A DNA stretch of 64,000 nucleotides from Camelus dromedarius (taxonomy: Eukaryota): NCBI RefSeq assembly GCF_036321535.1, contig NC_087437.1, positions 91,762,001 through 91,826,000 on the forward strand, in the 5' to 3' direction. Shown here in pieces: positions 11,605-23,800 of this stretch (position 1 is the first letter of the stretch; the number at the start of each line of letters is the position of its first letter). The notes under the pieces were generated by a model that saw only the letters and a program-made list of their open reading frames with translations, had not been told where the DNA came from and did no database searches. The translations under genes were made by a program, and so were the position numbers.

Positions 11605-14600
11605 TTTTAACTGAATTTTTCATTGAAGTATAGTTTACATACAATATTATATTAGTTTCAGGTATACAACATAGTGATTCAACATTTATATTTATCATTG
11701 AAAATATCACCACAATAAGTCTAGTAACTATCTGTGACCATGCAAAGCTATTGCAATATTATTGACTATATTCCCTATGCTATACTATAACTCTGACTTA
11801 TTTATTTTGTAACTGGAAGTTTGTACCTCTTAATCCCCTTTATCTGCTTTGACATCCCTCACCTACCCTCCCCTCTGCTGAACAATTGTTGTATCTAAAA
11901 GTCTTTTTCTATTTGTTTTTGTGTTTGTTTTACTTTTAAATTTACACATATAAGTGATATCATATGACATTTGTCTTTCTGGTCTGGCTTATTTCACTTA
12001 CATAATAACATCTAGGTTCATTCATGTTGTAAATGGCAAGACTGCATTCTTTTAATGGCTGAGTAACATTCCATCGTATATTTATTTGTTCATCTATCTA
12101 TAGACACTTAGTTTGCTTCCAAATATGGCTGTTGTAAATAATGAAGCAATAAATATTGAAGTGTATGTATCTTTTCAAATTAGTGTTTTTGTATTGTTTG
12201 GAAAGCATACCAGAAGTGGCATTGTTGGATTGTATGGTAGTTGTATTTTTAATTTTTTGAGAAACCTCCATACTGTTTTCCATAGTGGCTACGCCTATTT
12301 ACATACCCACCAAAAGTGCACAAGTGTTCCCTTTCCTCCATGTTTTACCAGCATTTGTTATTTGTTGTCTTTTAGATAAAAGACATTCTGACAGTTGTGA
12401 TGTGATAACTCATTATGGCTTCAATTTGCATTTCCCTGATAATTAGTGTTGTTGAGTATCTTTTCAAGGGTCTCTTGGCCATCTGTATGTCTTCCTTGGA
12501 AAACTGTCTTTTCAGGTCTTCTGCCCATTTTTAAGTCAAATTCTTTATTTTCTGATATTAAGTTGTGAGTGGTTTATATATTTCAGATATTAACTACTTA
12601 TTGGATATATCATTTACAAATATCTTCTTCCACTCAGTAAGTTGCCTTTTTGTTCTGTTAATAGTTTCCTTTACTGTGCGTAGTTTTTAATTTGATGTAG
12701 AGATGTTTTGTTGCCTTGCCTGAGGAGGTAACTGAAGAAAAAATAATGCTAAGACCAATGTAAAAGAGTGTTCTGAATAAGTTTCCTTCTAGGAGATTTA
12801 TGCTTTTTGATCTTACATTTAGTGTTTATTCCATTTTGAGTTTATTTTAGTATATGGTGTAAGAAAAGTTTTCCTATTTTATTCTTTAGCATGTAGCTGG
12901 CCAGTTTTCTTGATACCACTTATTAAAGAGACTGTCTTTCCCTCACTGTGTATTCTTGGCTCCTTTGACATAAATTAATTAAATAAGTAAGCATAGGTTT
13001 TTTCTGCTCTCCAAATTCTGTTCTATTGATCTATGTCTCTGTTTTGTGCCACTACCATACAGTTTTGATTATTATAGTCTTGTAGTATACTTTGAAATCA
13101 GGAAGCATGAGACCTCCAGTTTTGTTCTCTTAAGGTTGCTTTGGCTCTTCAGGGTCTTTCATGGTTCCAGACAAATTTTAGGACTTTGTTCTAGTTTTGT
13201 GGAAAATGCCATTAGTATTAAGATATAGAATATATTGAATTTGCAGATTGCTTTGGGTAGTTAAAATTGACATTTTAACAAAATTAATTTTCTGGTCTAT
13301 AAGCATAATATACATTTTTATTTACTTATGTCTTCAATTTCTTTGCATTTCTTATAGTTATCAGAGTACAGGTTTTTCATTTCCTTGGTTAAATTTATCC
13401 CTAGGTATTTTATTCTTTTTTATTCAATTGTAAATGAGATTGTTTGATTGATTTTTCTTTCTGATAGTTTGCTATTACTGTATAGAACTGCAATAGATAT
13501 CAGTTTATTCTTTGTATCCTTCAACTTTACTGAATGCATTTATGAGTTCTAATGGTTTTTTGATGGAGTTTTTAGGGGTTTATTTATGTAGTATCATGTC
13601 ATCTGCAAATTGCGACAGTTTTATTTCTTTCCATTTTGGACATTTAAAATCTCTTATTTCTTTTATGACTGCTGTGACTAAGACTTCCAATACTATGTTG
13701 AGTAAAAATGATGTTAGTAGGCATCTTTGTCTTGTCCTAGTCTTAGAGGAAAGTCTAGCTTTTCACTATTATGTATGTTGTTTAGCTGTTTTAGCTGTGG
13801 TTTGGTCATATATGGCCTTTATTATGTCAAGGTATGATCCCTCTATACCCACTTTTTGAGAACTTTTGGTCATAAATGGATATTGACTTTTGTCAAATAC
13901 TTTTTTTGCATCTATTGAGATGGTTATTTAAATTTGATCCTTCATTTTGTTAATATTGTTTATCACATTGATTAATTTGTGACTATTGAACCAGTCCTCT
14001 ACCTTGGAATAAATCCTGCTTGGTCATGGTGTCTGGTCCTTGTAAAGTATTATTGAACTCAGTTTGGTAATACTTTATAGAGGAGTTTTGCATCTATGTT
14101 CATCAGGGATTGTGGCTTTATTGGCCTTGGTTTCAGGGTTTTGGAAGCATTCCTTTCTCTTTAATCTTTTTTTTTTTTTGGAATAATTTGAGGATAGGCA
14201 ACTTTTTATATTTAACTCATTAATTCTTCAAATATGTGGTAGAACTCATCTGTAAAGTCATCTGGTCCTAAGTTTTTATCTGTTGGGAGTTTTTTGATTA
14301 TTGACTTACTTAATTACTAGTCTATTAAGATTTTCTAATTCTTCATAATTCAGTCTTGAAAGATTGTGGTTTTATGAGTTTATTTGTTTCTTCCAGGTTG
14401 TCCAAGTTGTTGGCTTATAATTGTTAATAGTAATACCTTATGGTCCTTTGTATTTCTGTGGTGTCAGTTGTAACTTTTCCTCTTTAATTTTAAATTGTTT
14501 GGGACTTCTTTTTTCTTGATGAATCTGGCTAGAGTTTTATCAATTTTGTTTATCTTTTCAAAGAAATAGCTCTTAGTTTCACTGATCTTTTCTATTTTTT

Positions 14601-14847
14601 TGGCTCTATTTAATACGTTTCCACTCTGATCTTTATTATTTCCTTCTTTTATCAACTTTGGGCTTTGTGTTTTTGTTTTTGTTTTCCTGTTTGTATTTGG
14701 TGTAATGTTAGATTGTTTATCTGAGTTTTTTTTTTTCCCTGAGGTAGGCCTGTATAGATAGTTGTTATGTTTGTAGTTGTAGTTATGGTGTGTCTGTGGG
14801 AGGAGGTAAGTTTAGGATCTTCCTACTCCTATGTTGATCCAGGCCAC
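11605..14847 (-). mobile_element. Younger LINE-1 (3'UTR, most of ORF2, fused to ~90 bp of 5' terminus), nested in L1MC
   Basis: 3' end 'ttcattgaagtatagtttacatacaatattatattagtttcagg'. ORF2 remnant 14464-14655 'KSYFFEKINKIDKTLARFIKKK'. 5'-terminal motif 'gtgggaggaggtaag...tcttcctactcc' at ~14797-14830. Confidence 0.88.
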
Positions 14848-17800
14848 TGTTTTTATTTTCATTTCATTAAAAATATTGAAAAAAATTTTAGTGGTTCATT
14901 TTTGACATGTGTGATTTAGAAAAGTTGTTTAATCTCCACAATTTTTGAAATTTTCCTTTACCCTTATTATTGATATCTAGTTTAATTACATTTTGTTATG
15001 ATAGCAGACCTTATGTAATTTATATATTTTTTTTAATATGTAAGATGTGTTTTGTGGCCCAGAATTTGGTCCATTTTGGTGCATGTTCCATGTGAGATTG
15101 AGAGGAATGTGTATTGTGCTGTAATGGATTCATCTATTTCTCCTGGCATTTCTACCAGTTTTGTCTCACATAGGTCGATGCTCTGTTGGTAGGTATATGC
15201 AAGTTAAGAATTGTGATATTTCTTGGTTAACTGATACCTTTATCTTTATGTAATACCCAACTTTATGTTATCCCTGATAACTTACCTTAATTTGAAGTCT
15301 GTTCTGTCTCAAATTAACGTAGTTCCTCCTGCTTTATTTTAATTAGTGTTAACATGGTATATTTTCCTCCATCCTTTTATTTTTAATCTTTATGTATCTT
15401 TATATCCAAAGTGGGTCTTGTTTTTGGATCCACTCCAGCAATCTCTGCCTTGTATTTAATTTTTAAATTTTTTTAAGTTTATTTATTTTTTGGTGGGGGG
15501 AGGTAATTAAGTTTATTTGGTATTTATTTATTCTTAGAGGAGGTAGTAGGGATTGAACACAGGACCTCATGCGTGCTAAGCATGTGCTCTACCACTTGAG
15601 CTATACTCTCCTCCTCTGCCTTTTAATACATCTTTAGATATTTGATATTATAACCAATTCTTTATGTAGTGGAATTCAGACCTACCAATTTGTTACTGTT
15701 TTCTATTTTTTGCCCTTGTTCTTTTTTCCTTTTCATATATATTTTTGCCTTTGTTTTCTAAATTAAGCTTTTTATATTATTCCATTTTCTTTCCTCTCTT
15801 AGTATACCAGCTGTATTTCTGTTTTTTTAACTTTTTTAATGGTTGTCCTAGACTTGCAAAATACATTTATTACTGATTAAAGCCCACTTTAAAATAGCAC
15901 TATACCTCTTGAAGGGGAGTATGAGTATGTAAAAAATAACAAAATAATCCTGCTTCCATCCTTCCTTCCCTTGTATTATTGCTGTCAGCCATTTTACTTA
16001 TATATTGGTAATACATAAGTATGTATGTATATGAATGTTGTGTGTTGTGTATAAACAGGATATATTACTGTGAATATTATATTGAATAAATGGTTATCAG
16101 TTAGATAAATTAAGAATAAGAAAAATAAGATTTTATTTACTTTTACTTATTTTTTTCATGATTTTCTTTATTTTTTAAATAAGTGTGAGTTTCTGACCCA
16201 TATTATTTTCTTTCTCTCTAAAAAAAAGTTTTAAGTTTTTTTTTTTTTTTTCCGAAGGCAGGCCTACTGGCAACAAGTTCCCTCAATTTTTGTGTGTCTG
16301 ATAGGCTATTTTATTTCTTTTTTACCTTTGAAGGATAATTTCATGAGTTACAGAATTCTATATTGGTGTTTTTTTCTGTCTCAACAGTTCAAATATCTCC
16401 TTCCATTCTCTTCTTACTGGTATGGTTTCCAAAGAGAAGTTGGATATAATTCTTTGTTCCTCTATAGTAAGATATTTTTTTTCTTCTGGTTTATTTAAGG
16501 ATTTTATCTTTATTTTTAATTTTTGTAGTTTGAAAATGATATACATGCATTTTGTTTTCCTGGCATTTACCTTCTTGGGGTTCTCTGATCTCCTCAATCT
16601 ATTGTTTGATTTCTAGCCTTAATCTGAGAAAATTCCCATTTTTGCTTCAGTATTTCTTTTTTTCTCTTATTTCTCCTGATTGATATTCCCGTACACATAA
16701 TGTTATACCTTTTGTAGCTGTCCTACAGTCTTCAAGTGTTCTGTTCTCTGTTTTTTCAGTCTTTATTCTCTTTGCTTTTCAAGTTTGTAGATTTCTATTG
16801 TGATATCCTCCGTTTCAGAGATCCTTTTCTCAGCAATGTCCAGTCTACTAATTAGCTCATCAAAGGCATTCTTCATTTTTGTTACAGTGTTTTTTAATTT
16901 CTAGCATTTCCTTCTGTTTCTTTCTTAAAATTGTTACCTCTGCTTACATTGCCTGTCTCTTGTTGCATGCTGTCTACTTTATAGATTGGAGTCTTTAGCT
17001 TATTAATCACAGTTGTTTTAAAATTTTGTCAGATTATTTCAGCATCCCTGTCATTTCTGGTTCTGATGCTTGCTCTGTCTCTTCAAACGGTGTTTCGGTA
17101 TTTTCACACTTTGTAATTTTTTTTTTAATAGGCAGACATGATGTACCAGGTAAAAGTGTCTTCTATAAATAAGCCATTTGTAATGCGGTTGTAAGGTATG
17201 GTGGAGGGGATGTTCTCTGTAGTCTTGTGATTAGGTTTCAGTCTTTAAATGAGCCTATGCCTCTGGACTGTGAACTTTACAGTGTTTCCCTTTTTTTCCC
17301 TCCCCCTTAGATGTGACAGGATGGCTTGAGTTGACTGGAATTAGGTATTTCCCTTCTCCCACTTGGAAGGCTAGAGATGAGTGGAGTTGGGTATTTCTGT
17401 TTTCCTAGGTAATTTAGTTTCTGATAATATCTCAGCAAGTTACGGTCTAGTTAATTAGTTATTCCTGATGGAAGTTCTTGTGAAGAACAGAATACTATGG
17501 TATAATTTAAATTTGTCCCTTTTCCTCTGGCCCTTTCAGACAGAAGATGATTTTTCTCTATTTGCTATAATAACGTGGTTGAGCTCATGGTGGTAAAACT
17601 TACAAAACTGTGGGGGCTCCCTTATGACTAGGTTCCCCTGGAACTTTTAACTCTTAAAATTTTCCATACTGAGCATCCAGCAGTTCATCAATTACAGTGC
17701 CAATTTTCCTACTTCAGTACCTGTTCCCATGGAGGTTTCCGCTTGTGAGTCTCTGCTCCAGTAAACTGTGACTCTCTGCATTCACTTGTCTATGTCTCCA

Positions 17801-17900
17801 AAGATGGGAAAAGTGGTTTGCCTTGTATTCTCATCTCTCTCACGCATCCAAGATTTGTTGATTTTTCATTATGTTCAGATATTAATTGTTGTTTAGACAG
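14848..17900 (-). mobile_element. Continuation of the old L1MC element: ORF2 N-terminus, ORF1 and 5'UTR
   Basis: Sequence resumes the ORF2 interrupted at 11341. ORF 16358-16597(-) 'RIISNFSLETIPVRREWKEIFELLRQK' is an ORF1p remnant. 5'UTR-like sequence runs to ~17900. Confidence 0.82.
15452..15613 (-). mobile_element. tRNA-derived SINE of camelid type (Vic-1-like)
   Basis: Antisense tRNA head 'gggattgaacacaggacctcatgcgtgctaagcatgtgctctaccacttgagctatac' (B and A boxes), a 'ggggaggtaattaagtttattt' tail, and TSD 'ctctgcctt' at 15443-15451 and 15614-15622. Confidence 0.88.
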
Positions 17901-18228
17901 AGAGAACCAAACCACATATTTCTAAACAATGAATGCAAGTATAATAATATTTTTTTTTCTGAAGCAACAAAAGAAGATTCTTGTAGTGTAAAGCTACGTG
18001 TATTAGTAAGTAAGTTACTGTAAGGGAGATCATAGATTTGTTACTAGTCTGTAACTGCAAGGGTGGTAGGTGTCTCTTAGAGGTGAGGAGCATGTCTGGG
18101 ATGATCTGTAGAGATGTGAAAGAGCTGCTGAAGGGAATAGGAGAGAGATCTGAACCTGTGTAAACGAGGGATCTCAGTGAGAACACAATAGGTTTTGCAT
18201 AATAAGAGTTTATCATGGTAACAATCTG

Positions 18229-18543
18229 TAGTCTTCCCTCAGTATCCATGTGGGATCTTTTTCTAGGACCCTCAGTGGATATCAGAATGTACTGATATTC
18301 ATGTCCATTTATATAAAATGGTGTGATATTTTCATGTAACCTATGCACATCCTCCTGTACACTTTTAATCATCTCTAGAATACTTATAATACTTAATGGA
18401 ATGTCAATGCTCTGTAAATAGTTGTTGGTTTGAGGAGTGAGTTTTTGGTTTTTTGAAACTTAATGGAAATTTTTTCAAATATTTTTGACCTGTGGTTGGT
18501 TGAATCTACGGATGCATAATTCATGGATGTGGACGGCTGACTG
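18229..18543 (+). mobile_element. MER2 non-autonomous DNA transposon (TcMar-Tigger)
   Basis: Imperfect terminal inverted repeats 'tagtcttccctcagtatccatg' / 'catggatgtggacggctgactg' followed by TA. Internal 'aacctatgcacatcctcctgtacactttt..atcatctctaga' matches MER2. Confidence 0.88.
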
Positions 18544-19235
18544 TACAATGTTTTATGGCTATCATTATTATCTGGTTTAGAAGCTTTCAATGTGAATGGC
18601 TTGAGCAGGCAATTTTTCATAATCCGTATTGTCCATCATTAGTTGAATATGGTGGAAAAGCAAGGAAATAAGGGTATCCAGAAAATGTGATGTAGTGGAA
18701 TAGCTTGTTTTTCTTTCATAATTTTTAATGTAGACTAATTAGTAAAGAAATTCACCAATGAGAGAAATGATGAAAAGATCTAATATTTTTTAGTGTACAT
18801 TCTAGAAGTGGGTACAGTTAGTGTGATAATACAATGTATTACAAAGTAAGTCATTTTTTAGGAATGTTAAAACAATTGATAATTTTAAGAGCATAAAGGA
18901 GATACATTAAAAAATAATTTCAAGACAAGAGTCATAGAGTAGGACACTCCTGATCAAACATTAAATGTATAGTCTTCCTAGTAATGTCATAAACACTTCA
19001 AGAAGGTTATTAGGCTAAATCATGAACACAGACCTTGATGATCTTCATCATGACAAGATACAAAGTGGAAAAATGTGTAACTAAGATCAGATATAATGTG
19101 AAATCAACAGAGACAGGTAAATTCACAGTGTAAAATATATCATTTACTTAAAAGAATGAAACAACAAGAAAAACACAGTATGTCCATCCATCTATTTGTG
19201 TCATATACAATTTATTTCATCAGTGGCACTATACT

Positions 19236-20968
19236 ATACTATATTCATGAATTGGAAGAATTAATATTTTTTAAATGACCAAACTACCCAAGGCAATTTA
19301 TGGATTCATTGCAATTCCTATAAAAACACCAAGGACATTTTTCACAGAAATAGAACAAATAATCCTAAAATTTGTATGGGTTCATAATAGACCTTAAATA
19401 GCCAAAACATTCTTGAGAAAGAACAGACCTGGAGAAATTATGCTCTCTGACTTCAGATATTACAAAGCTATAGTCATCAAAAGAGCATAATACTGGCACA
19501 AAAATAAACAAATAGATCAAAGGAACAGAATAGAGGGCCCAGAAAAAAATGCCCTTGGGGTCAATTAATCTATGACAAAGGAAGCAGGAATATACAATGG
19601 AGAAAAGATAGTCACTTCAATAATTGATGCTGGAAAATCTGGGCATCTACGTGTAAAAGAATGAAATTAGAACCATATACAAAAATAAACTCAAAATGGA
19701 TTAAAGACCTAAATGTAAGACCAGAAACCATAAAACTCCTAAAAGAAAATATAGATGGAACATTCTTTGACATAAATTGTAGCAATATATTTTTGGATTT
19801 ATCTCCTTAAACAAAGGAAATAAAAGCAAAAATAAATAAATGGGACCTAATCAAAGTTAACCTTTATACAGCAAAGAAAACCATCAACAAAATGAATAGA
19901 CAACTTACTGAATGGGAAAAAATATTTTCAAATGATATGACAGATAAGGGGTTCATTTCCAAAATATATAACAGCTCGCAAAACTCAAAGGCACAAATCC
20001 AAAACCCCAATTAAGAAGTGGGCAGAAGACCTGAATAGACATTTTTCCAAAGGAGAGATACAGATGACCAACAGGCACATGAAAAGATACTCAGCATCCT
20101 TAATCATCAGAGAAATGCAAATCAGAACCACAATGAGGTATCACCCCACACCTGTCAGAATGGCTATCATCAAAAAGAACACAAATAACAAATGTTGGTG
20201 AGGATGTAGAGAAAAGGGAACCCTTGTACACTGTTGGTGGAAATGTAAGTTGGTGCAGCCATTATGGAAAACAGCATGGAGATTCCTCAAAAAACTAAAA
20301 GTAGAACTGCCATATGACCTAGCAGTTTCACTCCTAGGTGTATATCTGAAAAAAGCAAAAAGATTACTTAAGAAAGATACATTCACCTTAATGTTCATGG
20401 CAGCCAATACAATTGCCAAGATATGGAAGCAACCCAAGTGTCTATCAACGGACAAATGGATAAAGAAGATGTTATACAGACACACACACACACACACACA
20501 CACACACTATAGAATACTACTCAGCAATAACAAAGAATGAAATTTTGCCATTTGCAGCGTGGATGGACTTGGAGGCTCTTTTACTAAGTGAAATAAGTCA
20601 GACAGAGAAAAACAAATACTGCATGATATAACTTATATCTGGAATGTAAAAAATAAAACAAACCAGTGGATACAACAAAAAAGAAATAGATTCACAGATA
20701 CAGAAAACAAACTGATGGTGGGGAGAGAGAAGGTGGGAGGGTCAAGATAGGGATAGGTGATTAAGAGTTGCAAACTACTATGTATAAAATAAATAATCTA
20801 CAAGGATATATTGTATAACACAGAGAATATAGTCAATATTTTACAAATATTATATATTTTATAGTAACTATAAATAGAATATAATCTTTAAAAATTGTGA
20901 AACACAGTGACATACACCTGAAACGTATATAATATTGTACATCAACTATACTTCAGTTAAAAAAAACA
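19236..20968 (+). mobile_element. 5'-truncated LINE-1 (ORF2 C-terminus and 3'UTR), cetartiodactyl-type
   Basis: ORF 20250-20540 '[31 protein letters not shown]' is the ORF2p C-terminus. Ends 'gtacatcaactatacttcagttaaaaaaaa'. Confidence 0.93.
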
Positions 20969-21479
20969 ACTATAGTTGCTGTTTAGAATCATAAAATCTT
21001 GTTATTGAAAGAAGGCACAAGATAGTTATAACTAAGTAGCATAAAGAAATTATGAAGGGTCCGAAGGGTCTTCTACACAGCGAGTTTTAGGAGCACTGTA
21101 ATTATTATCCACAATGGGAAATTTTCATGATGAGTTTGAAATTATAACATTTTCAATTCAAATACATTTTTCACTCATATTAAGTTGACTTTGCCAATAT
21201 ATACAAAATGAATTCTTATACATAGTGCATCACATTTGGAGAATTATACAGTGATCATTAATTTATTCACCCTATGTCGTCATTTATAATAATAGTTTTG
21301 TATGTCTTCGTTAACAATGAATTCCATATTTAGATTCAATGGATTAATGACTTAAACAACTAATTAGATTTTTTTTTTACTTGAGGACCAAAACAGTGTT
21401 TTATAATTTAACTAGATATAAGAAGTAAACAAATTTGATGAATACACCAAATTCTTTAAAGAAGTCAAAACTGTGGGTG

Positions 21480-22572
21480 CTTACTCAAATCCTTATCACA
21501 AAATATAGCACAACATGAAATAACATAAATAATTGAGAGTAGGGAAGTAATAAAAATATTTAGAAATAAAGGAAACAGTCTTACTGACAATAGAAAACAT
21601 ATTTCTGCTCAATTTTTATATACCATATAACCTACCAAAGAGGAAAATTACAGGCAAAGTTTTTACATAGATGCAAAAATCTCAAATGAAATGTAGAGAA
21701 TGAAATCTCATAATCATTAAACAGTCTATATATATAGTGAAGTTTTATCCTGCACAAAAATAAGATGGGTTTAATGTTTGCAAATCAGGCAATGTAATTT
21801 CTCACATTAACAAAATATAAAAGAAAAAAAAAAGAGTAAGATCATCTCAAAGGATGCAGCAAAAAACTTTTGATAAAATTCAACGATAAAATTTTTAACC
21901 ATTTATGAATTATGAATATGAAATGGAAACTTCCTTAATATGATAAAGAATATCTACCTTAAAATCAATTGTAAAGAGGAGATATTGAAAACTTTTTCCT
22001 TAAGATTAAAATGAGATAAGAATGTATGTTCTACTTGCTGCTATTCAACTAGGCACTAAAGGATTTATGTAATATAATAAGAAAGAAAAAAGCGATAAAA
22101 TATATAAATATTGGAAAGAAAAACTTTTACAGGTAACACAATTATGTAACAGAAAAAGTGAAAGAAATTGACAGGTAAATTTGCAGCTAGGAAGTAAATT
22201 CAGCAATGTTGTGGTATACACAGTCAGTATAGAAAAATAATTATTTCAATATCTGGCAACATGAAATTAGAAAATGGCTTTTCAAAAAGACTTCATTCTC
22301 ATTAGCATTACGTACTAGGTAATTGGGAGTAATCCCAATGAAATAGTTCCCTCTACATCCATACCTGCCAATAAAGCATACCAAATATTACTGGAAAGAT
22401 GTTCAAAGACTTAAAATAATTAGAGGAATATACCATGTATATAGCTATAAGACTCATTATTTCAAAGATCGTCATTCTCCCCAAACTGATATAGATTGGA
22501 AGCAATACTAATAGAATTTCCAGGTAATGTTTTCTACTAAAAGTGGACAAGCATGTACAAATATATATTAGC

Positions 22573-22643
<71 letters not shown>

Positions 22644-23250
22644 TTGAAATGCAAAAGTACAAGAAGAGTCAAGGACATGTTAAAGAAGATGAGTAAGTTA
22701 GAGGTCTTACATTATAGAATATAAAGAATACACTAGTCCAGTATTTGCACAAGGATACATAAATTGACCATCAAAAATGAATAGAAAGTTTAGAAATTTA
22801 TGCGCATCTGTGTTGTGATATGCATGCCACTGAAGTGCCCTGAGGAAATGAAGAAATTATTAATAGTGCTTAGTTATTTGAAAAATAATATAAAACTAAA
22901 CTTGAACTCCTACCTCATAGCTTACGTGAAAATCAAGCTCAGAAACACCAGAGTTAAATGTAAAAAGTTAAAAGAAAAAAAAAGGAAGAGATAAAGGGGA
23001 ATATATACATGACTTGGGATAGAAAATGATTTCTTCAAAAGAGAAGAAAACTACTAATCAAAAAGAAAACGATTGACACAGTAAACTTCACTAAAAACAA
23101 TCTTTAGTTTCTCAAAACAAATTGTGGGTTTGAAAGAAGACATTTATAATATCTGTATATGAGAAAGGAATTACTTCAGAATATATAAAGAACATGATTC
23201 AATAAGTAAAAAAGCAAAAACCTCATAATAAACATAGTCAAATGACTTGC
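21480..23250 (+). mobile_element. Ancient decayed LINE-1 ORF2 (L1ME/L1M5-age)
   Basis: Motifs 'catagatgcaaaaatctcaaat', 'atcatctcaaaggatgcagcaaaaaacttttgataaaattcaac' and 'tcattctccccaaactgatatagatt' are in ORF2 order. Confidence 0.75.
22574..22642. repeat. (TA)n(GA)n microsatellite
   Basis: Directly visible. Confidence 0.95.
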
Positions 23251-23474
23251 ATGGCACACACACACACACACCCCTATCTATAGATTTATTACTTTTCTTA
23301 TCCAAAATTTAAAACACAAAAATATAAACTCAAAACTGTTGGAAACATAACATTTTAAAATGAAAAGACTAGTATGTTTTTGGTTTAAAATTGTTAAAAT
23401 TATTAACAAGCTTTGCTAATGAAAATAAATTTTAGAAATTTTATGTTCAGAGTAAGATCATTTATCCAATTTAC

Positions 23475-23800
23475 ATATATCACTTATACGTTAGATCTAA
23501 AACCTAACTAATAATCTAAAAACTAATAATGATCTAATAATCTAAAGCAATTGAACTAAGAACCAGAGAATAGAATGGTGGTTGCCGGGGCGTGGGAGGT
23601 GGAAGAAATGGGGAGAGAAAGGGTTCAAACATTCAGTTAGAAGTGAAATAAGTTCTAGGGATCTAACGTACAGCATGGTGATCATCCTTAACAATACTGT
23701 ATACCTGAAATTTGCTAAGAGATTATATCTTAAGTGTTCTCAGGGCGCACGCGCGCGCACACACACACACACAGAATTCCATGTTCTTATTTAAAAAAAC
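23475..23800 (+). mobile_element. L1MA9/L1MB-like 3'UTR fragment
   Basis: 'agagaatagaatggtggttgcc...aataagttctagggatctaacgtacagcatggtga...gaaatttgctaagaga...cttaagtgttctca'. Confidence 0.8.

Noticed and set aside
15540..15613. tRNA-like sequence
   Set aside because: It is the head of a SINE with an AT-rich tail and TSD, not a tRNA gene.
17893..18620. Longest ORF in the track (159 aa) and its neighbour
   Set aside because: Both start in or cross the non-coding MER2 element and show no recognisable domain, so they are likely chance ORFs.
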